In this document: one piece after another, positions 1 to 11,651 of the stretch
Layout: every line of letters starts with the position of its first letter
Numbering within the stretch: position 1 is the first letter of the stretch
The notes under the pieces: model-generated
The model's database searches: none
What the model was told of the DNA's origin: nothing
Seen by the model: only the letters and a program-made list of their open reading frames with translations
Assembly (NCBI GenBank): GCA_032718475.1
Contig: JAUCBJ010008134.1
Location: 1 to 62,387, forward strand
Direction of reading: 5' to 3'
Length of the DNA: 62,387 nucleotides
Source of the DNA: Nemertoderma westbladi
Lineage: Eukaryota; Animalia; Xenacoelomorpha
Program-made: the position numbers and the translations under genes

Positions 1-490
1 CGTCTTACGGACAGTACTTGCGAAGTGCGAGGGGATCATTAATAGCAGACCGCTATACCCGGAGAATGATGACCCTGAGTCATTAGACGTGTTGACGCCT
101 AGCCATTTTCTGATGGAAAGGCCAGCGACCATCGATATGCGGGGTGTAGACCCAGATGATATACATTCCCGCCAGAGTTGGAAAGTCGCTAAAGCAATAA
201 GCGCAGAGTATTGGAGGAGGTGGGTAGAAGAATACCTACCCACGCTCCATAAGCGAAGCAAGTGGAGGAAACCGAACCGGGAGTTAAAAGTAGGAGATCT
301 CGTAATCGTTACGGATGATACTATCATCAACAACCAGTGGCGGTTGGCGAGAGTTGTACGCACTTACTCCGATGAGGACGGAAGAGTCCGATCGGTAGAA
401 GTGCGAATAGGTGGGAAGATAGGTGCGAAGGACAGAAAAACCTACAGGAGAGCGGTAGGTAAATGCTGTCTCCTAGAAGGGGCACCTTAG
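1..490 (+). CDS. BEL/Pao Pol C-terminus (integrase end, DUF5641-type domain), partial
   Basis: INSRPL..LTPSHFL..YWRRWVEEYLPTLHKRSKW..LKVGDLVIV..WRLARV..DGRVRSVEV..RAVGKCCLLE is the typical BEL integrase tail. Confidence 0.92.
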   Translation, partial: VLRTVLAKCEGIINSRPLYPENDDPESLDVLTPSHFLMERPATIDMRGVDPDDIHSRQSWKVAKAISAEYWRRWVEEYLPTLHKRSKWRKPNRELKVGDLVIVTDDTIINNQWRLARVVRTYSDEDGRVRSVEVRIGGKIGAKDRKTYRRAVGKCCLLEGAP

Positions 491-599
491 AGTGGAGTTA
501 GAGTGGAGTTTAGTCGTCCAAGTTTTGGACTGAAGGGGGGTGGGATTGAGGGCGAGACGCCCTTCCCACACAAATAAAATAAAAATAAAATAAAAAATA

Positions 600-1410
600 G
601 TTAGTTAGTTAGTAGGTACGTAGTGCCTAGAGTTAGTTAGTTAGTAGGTACGTAGTACCTAGAGTTAGTTAGTTAGTTAGTAGGTACGTAGTGCCTAGAG
701 TTAGAGAGTTAGTAGGTACGTAGTACCTAGAGTTAGTTAGTTAGTAGGTACGTAGTGCCTAGAGTTAGAGAGTTAGTAGGTACGTAGTACCTAGAGTTAG
801 TTAGTTAGTAGGTACGTAGTACCTAGAGTTAGAGAGTTAGTAGGTACGTAGTACCTAGAGTTAGAGGGTACGTAGTACCGCTAGTTAGAGTTAGAGCTAG
901 AGGGTACGTAGTACCGCTAGTTAGAGTTAGAGTTAGAGGGTACGTAGTACCGCCAGTTAGAGTTAGAGCTAGAGGGTACGTAGTACCGCTAGTTGGAGTT
1001 AGAGTTAGAGGGTACATAGTACCGCTAGTTAGAGTTAGAGTTAGAGGGTACGTAGTACCGCCAGTTAGAGTTAGAGTTAGAGGGTACGTGGTACCGCTAG
1101 TTAGAGTTAGAGGGTACGTAGTACCGCCAGTTAGAGTTAGAGGGTACGTGGTACCGCTAGTTAGAGTTAGAGTTAGAGGGTACGTAGTACCGCTAGTTAG
1201 AGTTAGAGTTAGAGGGTACGTAGTACCGCCAGTTAAAGTTAGAGTTAGAGGGTACGTGGTACCGCTAGTTAGAGTTAGAGTTAGAGGGTACGTAGTACCG
1301 CTAGTTAGAGTTAGAGTTAGAGGGTACATAGTACCGCTAGTTAGAGTTAGAGTTAGTAGGTACGTAGTACCGTTAGTTAGAGTTAGAGGGTACGTAGTAC
1401 CATTAGTTAG
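600..1410 (+). repeat. Tandem array of about 24 units (about 24-36 bp) with hairpin core GGTAC-GTA-GTACC and TTAG/TTAGAG spacers
   Basis: Cores counted directly; the first 8 units have the extended stem TAGGTAC/GT(A/G)CCTA. Confidence 0.95.
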
Positions 1411-1896
1411 AAGAGAGAGAGTAAGAGGTAAAAGGGGTAAATAGGATATAGATATTAGTTAGCAGTAAGTAGAGTTAGTAGCGAGAGGGGGGCATATGAG
1501 TACAGCTGGGTAAATCGTGTGGCCACACGACGTATACTGCTGTACTGCATAGGCCCACAAAGTAGGCCAGAATATGGATTAGAGAATAGAATAATCCATA
1601 GGCAGTAATAGGTAGTAGGACAGTAGAATTAAAATAAATAGAATAGGGCTGAAAGTTAGAAAATAGTGGCAACACAAGGGAAGTCGTTCTAGAACATAAT
1701 AAAAGTAACGGACAGAAATTGTAAATTAGGCTCATTTACTAGCTTCAAAATTAATTAGGTTAAATTTAGGCTAAAAGGCGCAATTAAGTAGAAAGTAGGC
1801 CATTATCGAACCGTACGAAACATCTTAATACATCACTCATCTGTATTGCGCCTTGGTAAGGCACCACCCTGCAGGTGAGCGAGTGTAGTGTTCGGA

Positions 1897-2924
1897 ATGG
1901 CGAGTAAGTTGATCAGGAAGAGGAAGGCGGAGTCAGGAGGAAAAGAAATACTGGTGGATTTCACCGAAAGACACCCGGAAGAAAAGACGAGAGGATACTA
2001 CGAGAAGTTGGAAAGGGGTCACGCGGCACGAGCGCTGCAGGACCACTTCCGGGAGATGCACGAGCAGCGGCTGGTCGGGACCTACGGAACGCCGTCGCTG
2101 GACAACGCGATCTTCCAACACTTCCACTACGTGGTGAAAGGGGACGAGGCGAAGTTCGGGATTCCGAAGTATCCGAGGGAATCACCGAGGAAGGACTGGA
2201 AGAGGTTCATAGAGTCTGTCAACAGGGGAGGATATATGATCCTAGTGACGAGGGAACCGTGGAAGACGAGGCGGGTTCGAGACGAGGATCAGCGGGGTCG
2301 GCCAGGACCATACTCCTACATTTGGCCGCGCCAAATGGGGACATCTTCCTATTCGATTTAGGGACGTATGGGAAGAAGGACGGGCCGAAACTGAGCCGGT
2401 TACCGAAAGCGGTACAAGTCTTGGTAAGAGAGAAGTCGACGACGAAAGTGGGATCGGCGATTCGCGAGGATGCGGAAAGGATCATCGGTCCGGACGCCAC
2501 CAACCTCCTGGATACGCAGAAGGTCTTTATGGCTATGATGGCACCGGATGGGTTGGGGCTAGTCGAAAACACAGGTCTATGCGGGGCAGTGGCAATGGGC
2601 CAACTATTGGGGCTCGTATGTCACAAACCGATGGACTGGGGGAAGTTTAGGGATTTCTTGGCGGAGCACGTACCAAAGGCAATGAAAATGATCCTATGGG
2701 ACGCCACTAGAGGGAGACAACCGGGCCATTCTGAGGGGCCACCGGCGAAGCGATATCGGGCACTAATAACACCAGCGCCCAAGGAGCCAACGACCGGGAT
2801 TAGCAAGGAAGTGGCGGCGAAGGTCCGAAAGCAGAAAGCGGATGATGCCAGAGGAACGGTGATAACCAAGAAACGGCCCAGGGAAGAGGACGCCAGGGGG
2901 AACTACCCCCGGAGGAACAGATAG
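1897..2924 (+). pseudogene. Accessory ORF of copy A: DEDDy-like 3'-5' exonuclease, frameshifted and internally deleted
   Basis: 14 differences in the first ~114 aa versus the copy B ORF; 1-nt deletion near 2245 in the first Asp codon of the LDDEG motif; diverges from B after KPMDWGKFR and ends in a basic tail. Confidence 0.8.
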
Positions 2925-3631
2925 GTTCCCAGAGTCGAGGGAGAGAGACTGGGACTTAGACGTGGTACGCCTGGCAGGCGCCGCGCGGGATGTACGAACT
3001 ATTAAGTACAAATTCAATTAATGCAAATAATCATATAAGTGCAATTTGTATGTACGTACGTAGTAATTAGTAATCTAGTAAAATACATACGTTTGGAGTA
3101 AGTACTATAGTCATACAACCTTTTCTCAATTAGCTACAGGGATTGGGGGGATAACTGACTATGGCACTATGGACGAGACACCAGACGATTTCACACTTCT
3201 TGAATGCGACGGCATGGGAGGGGAGTGAGATTCGTCAGAAGGGATGAGGTAGTCAAAGTGGGGTTGAGGAACGGAGTAAGAGTGCGAAGTGCGGAGAGAG
3301 TGCGAACGCAATTCTAGTGTGGGGGGGGGGGAGAATAAGAGGCTGAGTGAGGGACGAGGAGGTCCGGGGGTATGAGAGAGTTAGGGTGAGAGTGGAGGGG
3401 AGATAAGGCGAAAGTGTTGGGGAAACAAAAGTCGCGTGAAGAGGTGAGCGCGATCGGCCCGACATGAGACGCCAGGCACACAGGGTAGCGTTATCATACC
3501 CATAAGGGGCGGCCTGGAAAGCCGGCTCCTAGAGAAAAGAATTCCACCCCACACCCGATACTAGATCGGGATCCAGCGGGATTGTAGCGCACTTTTTGGT
3601 TGAAGCTATCTTCTTACCGGGAAGATAGCAT

Positions 3632-3640
3632 GGGGGGGAG
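3632..3640 (+). promoter_or_regulatory. Polypurine tract of copy A
   Basis: GGGGGGGAG immediately before the LTR-initial TGTTAGC; preceded by hairpin GCTATCTTC/GAAGATAGC (3605-3629). Confidence 0.85.
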
Positions 3641-4181
3641 TGTTAGCTTATCCAATCCCGCTAACACCCCATAAAGTTATAAGCCGATAAGCAATATTGG
3701 GAGCCACGAGATTGGGCAATTAACCAACTCGTGCCATCCCAATAAGAGTGGGAAGGAAGCACACAATAGAGGGTCAGGGGCCAAACCCCTAACCCAGGGA
3801 GAACAGGTGGAGTGAACGGGAACACTTCAGAGGGCGCCAACAAGGGTATTAACCAATCAGAGGGGGGAAAGGCATCGATTGAGTAGCAATAAGGCCACCG
3901 TGCAATATAACCAATAACCTATTAATCAGTGATTCAGTTATCTCAGTGCAGCAGTGCTAGCGTAGGTTGGTAGTCAATTAGTTTAGTTAGGGGATCACGG
4001 GACTTTAGTTACCGTATCCCGCCTTGTACACATTATATCTATATCTATATCCTATGCCCTATTATTATTATACACCGAACTTCAGAACTCAGTTACTTTC
4101 TTTCATCCTTATACACGGCGGGGACGCGTGGACTAAATTACCACACCGGATAAATCGGGATCCCTCCTGGATCCCGGCACA
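3641..4181 (+). repeat. 3' LTR of copy A (541 bp)
   Basis: TGT...ACA termini, follows the PPT, homologous at both ends to 54622-55193, contains CCAAT boxes. Confidence 0.85.
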
Positions 4182-4417
4182 AACAAAACATAGAATTAGC
4201 TGATGAGGTGTCGGAGATTACCGCGTACTGGGTCTCAGACACCGAAACGCAACCAAATTTTTGATAAAATAAATTATTTTTGCCCTAGTTCTACCCCTTT
4301 TGCGGCGACAAAATGTCATATATTTTCTTATAGAATATAGGCTTAACTTTTGTGCAGTTTATTAACGGTATCATTTAGTGTATGGTGGTTAGGCTTAGGG
4401 TTAGGGAGCATATTTAA

Positions 4418-5240
4418 CTTGAGACAAAAAACTAACATCAATGCAGCATGTCTTTGTTGTGTATTTATCGTAACGGAGGTAATTTGTGTTGAATTATGTT
4501 TGAGCGAGGAAATTGATACAATGACAATTACTGGTCCTCTGGTGTTTTTAGGCATTATTGAGGACTGTTGAGTATAAATTAAGTGAATCAGAACAGGGCA
4601 ATTCCACGAAAAGGTCACCCCCACTACCAAAAATTGAAATGATTCAATTATACATGGCAGTATGATGGGTGTTAAAGTAATCCAGATAACCCAAATTCTT
4701 GGAAAAACACACACTGACCCCAATATATTTATGTAACTTCAAAAAACATAGGATTGAATATGAAGTAAATATATTCAATAAATCATATAGAAAATCCATT
4801 CAAATATTTTTGCAATTATCTACACCTCATGGGGACAAGGAAAAAATAAAATAACCAATTACTGACAGAAAAACTAATGGAGTTACAGTGTCAGAGATTT
4901 GGAGATTTCATATATAGGGTATAATGTTCTACTATGCGGTTGTAATAGACCAAGTCAAAAATTACGTCCGTTACGGAAAAAGGTAAAAATTTTAAATTAC
5001 AGGAGGAAGGGGTGATGTATTAAACTCATCACTTTCAGTGTAAAACAGATTTATTGTCTAGTAACTTGAGATAAAAAACTAACATCAATGCAGCATGTCT
5101 TTGTTGTGTATTTATCGTAAAGGTCGTAATTTGTGTTGAATTATGTTTTTAAGCGAGGAAATTAATTACAATGACAATTACCGGTCCTGGTGTTTTTAGG
5201 CATTATTGAGGACTGTTGAGTATAAATTAAGTGAATCATA
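4418..5240. repeat. Direct duplication of about 175 bp (about 4418-4590 and 5065-5240)
   Basis: AACTTGAGA.AAAAAACTAACATCAATGCAGC...AAGTGAATCA occurs twice. Confidence 0.85.
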
Positions 5241-5455
5241 ACAGAAATAATAAAAATTAATGGCAAGAATTTGGGACAAGAATTGTAAGTATTGCAATAA
5301 TTTTAGTTTCCCGAGATACATGTAGGTTGATTTTCGTTTAAGTTTTCTGTGATTTAAACCCTTAACATTGTATCCTCTCTTTTTTGTACTCACGTTGGAC
5401 CAGCTTTCCACCATATAAATGTTACCAATAGCGCAATAGCAATAAATTTAATATA

Positions 5456-6971
5456 GGGTCAGTCCATATCAAAACGACCAATGTTAAAAACCACTATGTC
5501 TTGGATCAGTCTAATTTTTGGAGAGATTGATGATGGGTTTAAGATATGAAGAACAAAAAAAACATTTCTCAGAAATATTGAGTAGAAGTCAAGATATGAC
5601 TATTTGAAAAATTCAAGTTTTCGCATGACCGCACACATTCACGACATTATTTTTTACGCCCTAATTTTAAAAAATCCAATTCAAATTGCTCTGTATGGGG
5701 TGTAAATTTTGTTTCTGTGCTCAATCCGAAAATGTCATCAAAAATTTGAATTTTTAATGTTTACTTGTGATATATTTTAAATTTCATTTTGTCCGTGACT
5801 GAAAAATTAAGGGTTTTCAGGGACATAAAAAGTCACTTAGGTGATGAAACTTTGTATGCTAAACCACAACACTATTTTATTCGAAATTCTAAAACAAAAT
5901 CTATGGGTATTTGACAACTTCATTATAATATTTGTGTTCAAATATTTGTCTAAAAAGTAACCGGGCGGTTAAATATGAAATGGTGATATCAACTGTAATA
6001 AGAAAAAAATAAAATATGAGCTGTATTAATCTGTGCTAGCAATTACAGTTGGGTCAAATTAATAAATAAGAAAAAAATAGGCCCTATCTATACCTATTAT
6101 ATAAGAAAATATGAAAAATTAATTTAATCAATAAAATTAATAATTGTATTAATATCCATTTTCAATTAATATATTTAAGTAATATTCCTTGTAAACACCT
6201 TCATCCTCGTATTTTTCATAAAACTTTACTAGAACAAGCTTTCTTAGGCAGGTGATACTCAATGCGTCTTCCTATTGGATACAAAGTTCCTCATCTGATC
6301 TTGCTCTTGTCTCTTAATTTTGCTTTCTGTAATTTTTGAGCAGCTACTGCACACTCATAATTTTACTAAATTTATAAACCAGCTATATTTAACCAAAACA
6401 GTTCTTTTAAGAGCTAACATTCTGCATTGCAATACCAATATTTTACTTAAAATTATATATTTCTCCTACCTTTGTAAACAACTATTACTCAATCGTATTG
6501 GTCAACATGAACTATTGCTCAATTGGTGTAATAAGTAATACGGAAGAAGCCTGTCATAAATTATCATACACGAGACATAAAGGTTTAAAATTAATTAAAG
6601 AACTATCCACAGAGTCCCTAGCAATTCTATTGGGCCGTTCTGATGTATTAATTAAGCCAGAGGATGTCAAGGATGAGACAGTCTGTTTTCATCATGAGAA
6701 ATACTTCCTGGATAAGTTTTCTTCCTTTCAAAAAAACTGTTGTGATCCATTTCAAACTCATAAACAGCTCGTTAAGAAAGACCTGCGAGAAATTGATCTA
6801 GACCTTTCTGTGTACCTTAATTCTGCATTTCCTCAACGAAATTTTAAACCTGGCGAAAAGTTATGTACAAACTGCAGGAAAGGAGTCAATGACAAGCAGA
6901 AAACGGATATTATTTGTGAGGATAGTCGCAGCTCACTCTCATCTGCTGATTCTGAAACGGAGTCCAATTAA
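5456..6971 (+). mobile_element. Probable truncated DNA transposon left end (Sola2-like)
   Basis: Terminus-like GGGTCAGTCCATATCAAAACGACC after ATATA, upstream of a Cys/His-rich ORF; no right TIR or catalytic domain seen. Confidence 0.4.
6507..6971 (+). CDS. Cys/His-rich domain resembling the ARL14EP (C11orf46) N-terminus; probably a truncated transposase N-terminus
   Basis: CSIG..CHK..YTRH.G..ELS..CFHH..FQK.CCDPF..HK.L.KK.L..IDL..PG.KLC..C follows the ARL14EP N-terminal motif order as I recall it; ORF stops after a Ser/acidic stretch. Confidence 0.7.
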   Translation: MNYCSIGVISNTEEACHKLSYTRHKGLKLIKELSTESLAILLGRSDVLIKPEDVKDETVCFHHEKYFLDKFSSFQKNCCDPFQTHKQLVKKDLREIDLDLSVYLNSAFPQRNFKPGEKLCTNCRKGVNDKQKTDIICEDSRSSLSSADSETESN

Positions 6972-7668
6972 ATCCCATAGTAGGCTTATCTTTAAACAAA
7001 AACCATGCTAAAATTGGAAGTATTTCATAAAATAGGTACCAGTGGTTGGTTTTAGAGCATTAAACATCTATGTGGAGAAGGAATAAATATAATATGTGTA
7101 TTATATCGTAACAGACGTAAATGGTTAGCAATAGAGCAGTGACCATCTCCTACACTCTGCAAACAGCGCAACAGCCCTGTAATTTCTCCAATTATGTTGG
7201 TTGCTGGTTTGTTTTTGGCTATTAACAGCATAACCTGAAGGATTGGCTACTTATATTGTGTTACTGATAGTAAGGCTGCCTTTATTGCCTTATGCCAAAA
7301 TTTAGCTCTTCTGCTCCTCTTTACTTCTTTTTATCCAAAATACTATATTATAAAATATTCAGTGTGACTTAAGTGCCCCACCCAATACGTTCTTTGATCT
7401 GAGTTGTAAGCTCAGCAATGGTCCAGTTAATTATCCTACTCGATAGGAATTCTTCCCCGTGGTGGAGAAGGTAATGCGGGGTCAGAGATAGGCGAAAGTA
7501 AAACAACTTCCTGCCATTTATCAGCTATTGCTGACATATGTTTATTATGGGCGTATTCATCAATACTATTGGAAGTATACTAGTATATTTGCCAAGGGTT
7601 GATTTGTTTATCTGTAATAAAGTGCTCCACAGCTCGTTTACTACAGACACCAACCCATACAATTCCTC

Positions 7669-9560
7669 CTACTTACCCATACTGCGTGGTACACCATGGG
7701 GGTGTAAGTGTTTCAGCATTTGGTGAATACCTTCTAATAGGTAGTCACCCCCTTCACCGTTGGTCGAAGTCGGAGTCCGTTTGTAGGATGTTCCACTTTC
7801 CAAAAATTGTAAAACTTCCGGTTGTAAACACAGCCGTTGTGTAACATAGTATGCCACAATCTTTTGGTAGTGCTTATGCCCACGTGTATAAAATAGCGGG
7901 GCAAATTTCAAAAGGGCGCATAACACAAAATCGGCGCGATTGCGACGTATCCCAATCCGCAGAAAAACAATAGCTAATAGATATGTGGTATTATACTGCA
8001 TCATGGCAGTAAACCCCTCATTTGGACACTGATCCAGAAAGGCCTGGAGTTAAACTCTATTTCTGAGAGTGTAGTGTTTATAGTACCTACAAATCTTTGC
8101 AGTTGGGCTCCCGTAGCACCAGTTAAGGCAACCACAACTGCTTCCCACGATTTGTGGTGATCCGTGGCCTCCCGACAACTTTTTAGCCACCCGGGAGTAT
8201 GGTAACCACTCTCCATTGCTAGTGATTCAAATTCCAGCTCCCATCCTGCACTAATCGCTGCCTTGATCATGTTGTGTTCAACATGACCAAAGCCTTGTGT
8301 TAATAAATATTTGATAGCTAAGGATTGGTCATCCTTCATTGCAGTCAACATGATTGACATGGGGCATCCATCCATCAATAACGAAACCCACTTTCGACCT
8401 TCACCTTTGGTGTCGATATCTGCAAAATAAATAAATAGTTTAAATATTTTGTATACCTAGTATACATAGTTTACCTAACTATGTGTATGTGAATGTATTA
8501 CGTCATGGTATACTGTTCACATATTACTGTACGTAACGCTCAGAAGGGGGTTCTGCCTGAGACTATTTTGTTTCAGGGTTGTATGGGGGGGGGGGGGGGA
8601 ATAAACGTTGTGTATATACCGCTGAAATGTGTACTATCACTAAAATTAATTAATAATAAAAAAATAATATTAATAATAAATTAATTAAATAATTAAATAT
8701 TTTAAAATAAATAAAACATACTTGCCAACTGTTCCACTTTCTCTAGCATTTCTTTTACAGTGTCATGGCTACACGGATCATTCGGTAGTGGAGCATGGAT
8801 ATCGATGTGAGGGAATTTAGGCCCACATTCAGCTCCAACAATATCGCGTTTCACTGCTTCATCAATAAGCCGTTGGTATGAATCATCATTGAATGATGAC
8901 TCGTTCCCATTATTTTTGATGTATTTCAACTCCATGAGTAGATATACCGCCCGCAAATTTCGGAATAAAACGTCGTTGTCCTTAAACAGTTGGTTGACAA
9001 CTCCGGATACTTCGTCTTGTCTCACAAATATGTACGACAAAGCATTACACTGCATTCTCATTTCTGGAGAGTGCACAATGCTAATTACAGAGGACACCTT
9101 AGTTACTGGGAGCGCGTGCTGGGTATACACTACAGGTGATATGTCTTCCCAACATATTGATTATTATCAATGATGAAAGACACATCCCCGTTTGAGCAAG
9201 TAGCAGGAATACGTGACGACGTTTTTAGTTGCCAAAGTAGACTGGAATAGTGGGGGGCAGCCGAACAAGTGCTACGTATTATTTGAGAGTTTTTCGAATT
9301 ATCACCCGCGTATGAGACCACGCTCTCTGTGGTAGCCAGTACACCACAATAGTGTTTATTTTGGGTTGCCAATAGCAACTCAAACATCTTCCCGGCCATA
9401 CTTGAGTGGAGGTGCATGATGCACCTCCACTTCCGCCGCATTAGGATTAGAATACCTTTCCACACATTGTTGCAGACAGCAGCATTCTCCGCCAACACTC
9501 CGTCGCAAACCATGGCTTCGACTGCCTTGCGTTTCCTAGTTGATGTTTTTATTACTGTAT
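7669..9560 (-). pseudogene. Degenerate intron-containing DDE transposase-like gene (Academ/DUF6589-like)
   Basis: Ordered motifs IIDNNQ..RKWVSLLMDGCP..GFGHVEHNMIK..GIRRN..FAPLFY..Y; a GT-AG intron at 8420-8721 joins EQLA|NIDTKGEGRKW in frame; several frameshifts. Confidence 0.5.
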
Positions 9561-9960
9561 TACTGTACTTATTAATGTATATTTTATACCTTTGGAAACT
9601 GGTCCATCGCGGTCATCGGAATGCACAGAGCATTTGCACTCCAAAGCGAATGGCATTGTTCAGCTATTTATACAAAATCAATAGTATATAAACTCAATTC
9701 AATATATCAATAAATAAATCACAAAATATATAATTATCGTAATGCTATACTGCTATAATAGATAACAGTAAATCTAAATACTGTATAATACGATAAAATA
9801 AATTTTCAATATAAATCATGTAGGCCTAATGTCAAAACTCAATAAAAGTTAGGTGAGTAAATTGAAAAATTAGGAAAATCCTCATATGTTAAGTTGTAAT
9901 ATACCTGAAAAAGATTCCAAATAACACATATAATACGTGTTTCGGTGTATTATTAATTAT

Positions 9961-10563
9961 GGATCTAGGACACTTCCCCCCCGGACACTTCCCCCCCCGG
10001 ACACTTCCCCCCCGCCCAAGTAGGACACTTCCCCCCCGGACACTTCCCCCCCGGACACTTGCCCCCCGGACAATTCCCCCCCAGTTAAAGTGTTAAAATT
10101 AATCTGGGAACATCAAAGCAATAAACAAAAGTTAAAGATGGTTAGGTTACAGGACAAGTTGTATCTAGACAAGTTTTTTCAAAATTATAAAAGAAACATT
10201 TTATAGTCAAATTTTGTTTGTATTTCTTTTAATTCCTTTAATTCTTTTAATTTCTTTTAATTGGGGGCTGCCGCCCCCAAACCCCCGCATCTTTTCTTGG
10301 GGGCTGCCGCCCCCAAACCCCCGCTTCTTTTATTGGGGGTTATCGCCCCCAGACCCCGGCATTTCCCTGAGTGCCCGTGGTGAAAGACTTAAGAACACTT
10401 TGAAATAATTAATTCATGTTTGTATCATCAGATAATAAATTGACTAAGCCTAAAGTAGGAGCTGTATTGAATGTTGACCAATTTAATATATAAATTACTA
10501 CAATATTATATAATTCAACAAAATCCTATTAAAAATATTGCAAGTAACCAGGAAATTTAATAT
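9961..10563 (+). mobile_element. One end of a MULE/foldback-like element with GGACACTTCCCCCCC subterminal repeats
   Basis: Inverted near-copy of about 35112-35744. Confidence 0.8.
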
Positions 10564-10908
10564 GTAATGTGTATAATTATAAAATAATGAAATTTGTTGA
10601 GCATCTTTAAACAAATAATACATAGTATATACAGTAGTAACTAAATAACGCCACCTGATAACGAATGACTTCAAAAGGAAATAATGAAAGGGAACTACAT
10701 AATTTATAAACACAAAAAATATAGAAAATAATTTATGAAAGCAACAGATAATTTAAAAACTAATACCAGAAATAGATTCTCCATAATTTTTTACCGCAGA
10801 ATGTGTATGTTTATCATTCAAACTGGTCACAAGAAACCAAACAACATGCTGACATGGCCTTCGCTAGCGAAGTATGGATTTACCTTTATAGGTATGGATG
10901 CCAGTGCT

Positions 10909-11651
10909 AGGGCTCGATCGGAGTTGGGATTTGGCCGGAGCAGGAGCCGGAGATGGACAATTTGGCCGGAGCCGGAGCCGGAGTTTTTCAAAAATTTTAA
11001 AAATTTAATTATTTATTAAAAAAAAATAAAGTATGGTTATCGTTCGCCAATCGCTCATAATCAATCATACTACTGTACTGTAGGTCTAATTAATGTCATA
11101 ATTTATAGATTTACGAATTTTCAATTTAAAATTTATGTAATTAATTTATCACGGACAGACGGCCTGACGCTGACGGCTAAAAATTACCTACAGTACCTAA
11201 CTCACTAACTGTCTAACTGTGGTAGAGGTGTGTACTGTAGGTAGCCTACCGTACTGCCGTACGTGTACTAGTACTGCAGTACAGTATGCTGGCAGGACAG
11301 CAGTAATTGGCTGCAGTGGTACAGCTACGGTCTGACAGTGTACAATCGCATTTACAATTTTTACAGTAGGGCCTATCTGTTATAGTCTGCTAGTCAGCCA
11401 GCTGGCCAGTATCAGTACTGCAGTACAGTCAGTCAGTCATTGACTTTAAGTAAATACTGCAGTACCGGTATTATGCTTGATATTGAAGCTGTACTACAGT
11501 ACTTCATATAGTGTAAATAATTGTTTAGATTAGAATATGCACGAAATATAATACAGTAATACGGTACTTTATTAAAAAATTAACTCCGGCAATATTTTTA
11601 CCGGAGCAGGAGCCGGAGGTGCCAAAATGGCCGGAGCTCTGATCGAGCCCT
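10909..11651. mobile_element. Non-autonomous TIR element (hAT-like MITE)
   Basis: TIRs AGGGCTCGATC / GATCGAGCCCT with subterminal CCGGAG repeats; no clear TSD. Confidence 0.65.

Larger units (their letters stand above)
1..4181 (+). mobile_element. BEL/Pao LTR retrotransposon copy A, 3' part (integrase end, repeat array, exonuclease ORF, PPT, 3' LTR)
   Basis: Integrase C-terminus at 1-490 followed by a PPT and a TG...CA LTR; collinear with copy B on the opposite strand. Confidence 0.9.

Noticed and set aside
600-1410. CRISPR array or telomere
   Set aside because: Spacers are not unique, there are no cas genes and the context is eukaryotic; TTAGAG/TTAG is not a pure telomeric tract and lies inside a retroelement
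829-1444. ORFs of 166 aa (-) and 118 aa (+) with TTYPLTL / VRVRGY repeats
   Set aside because: By-products of the tandem array; the copy B array shows no equivalent ORF
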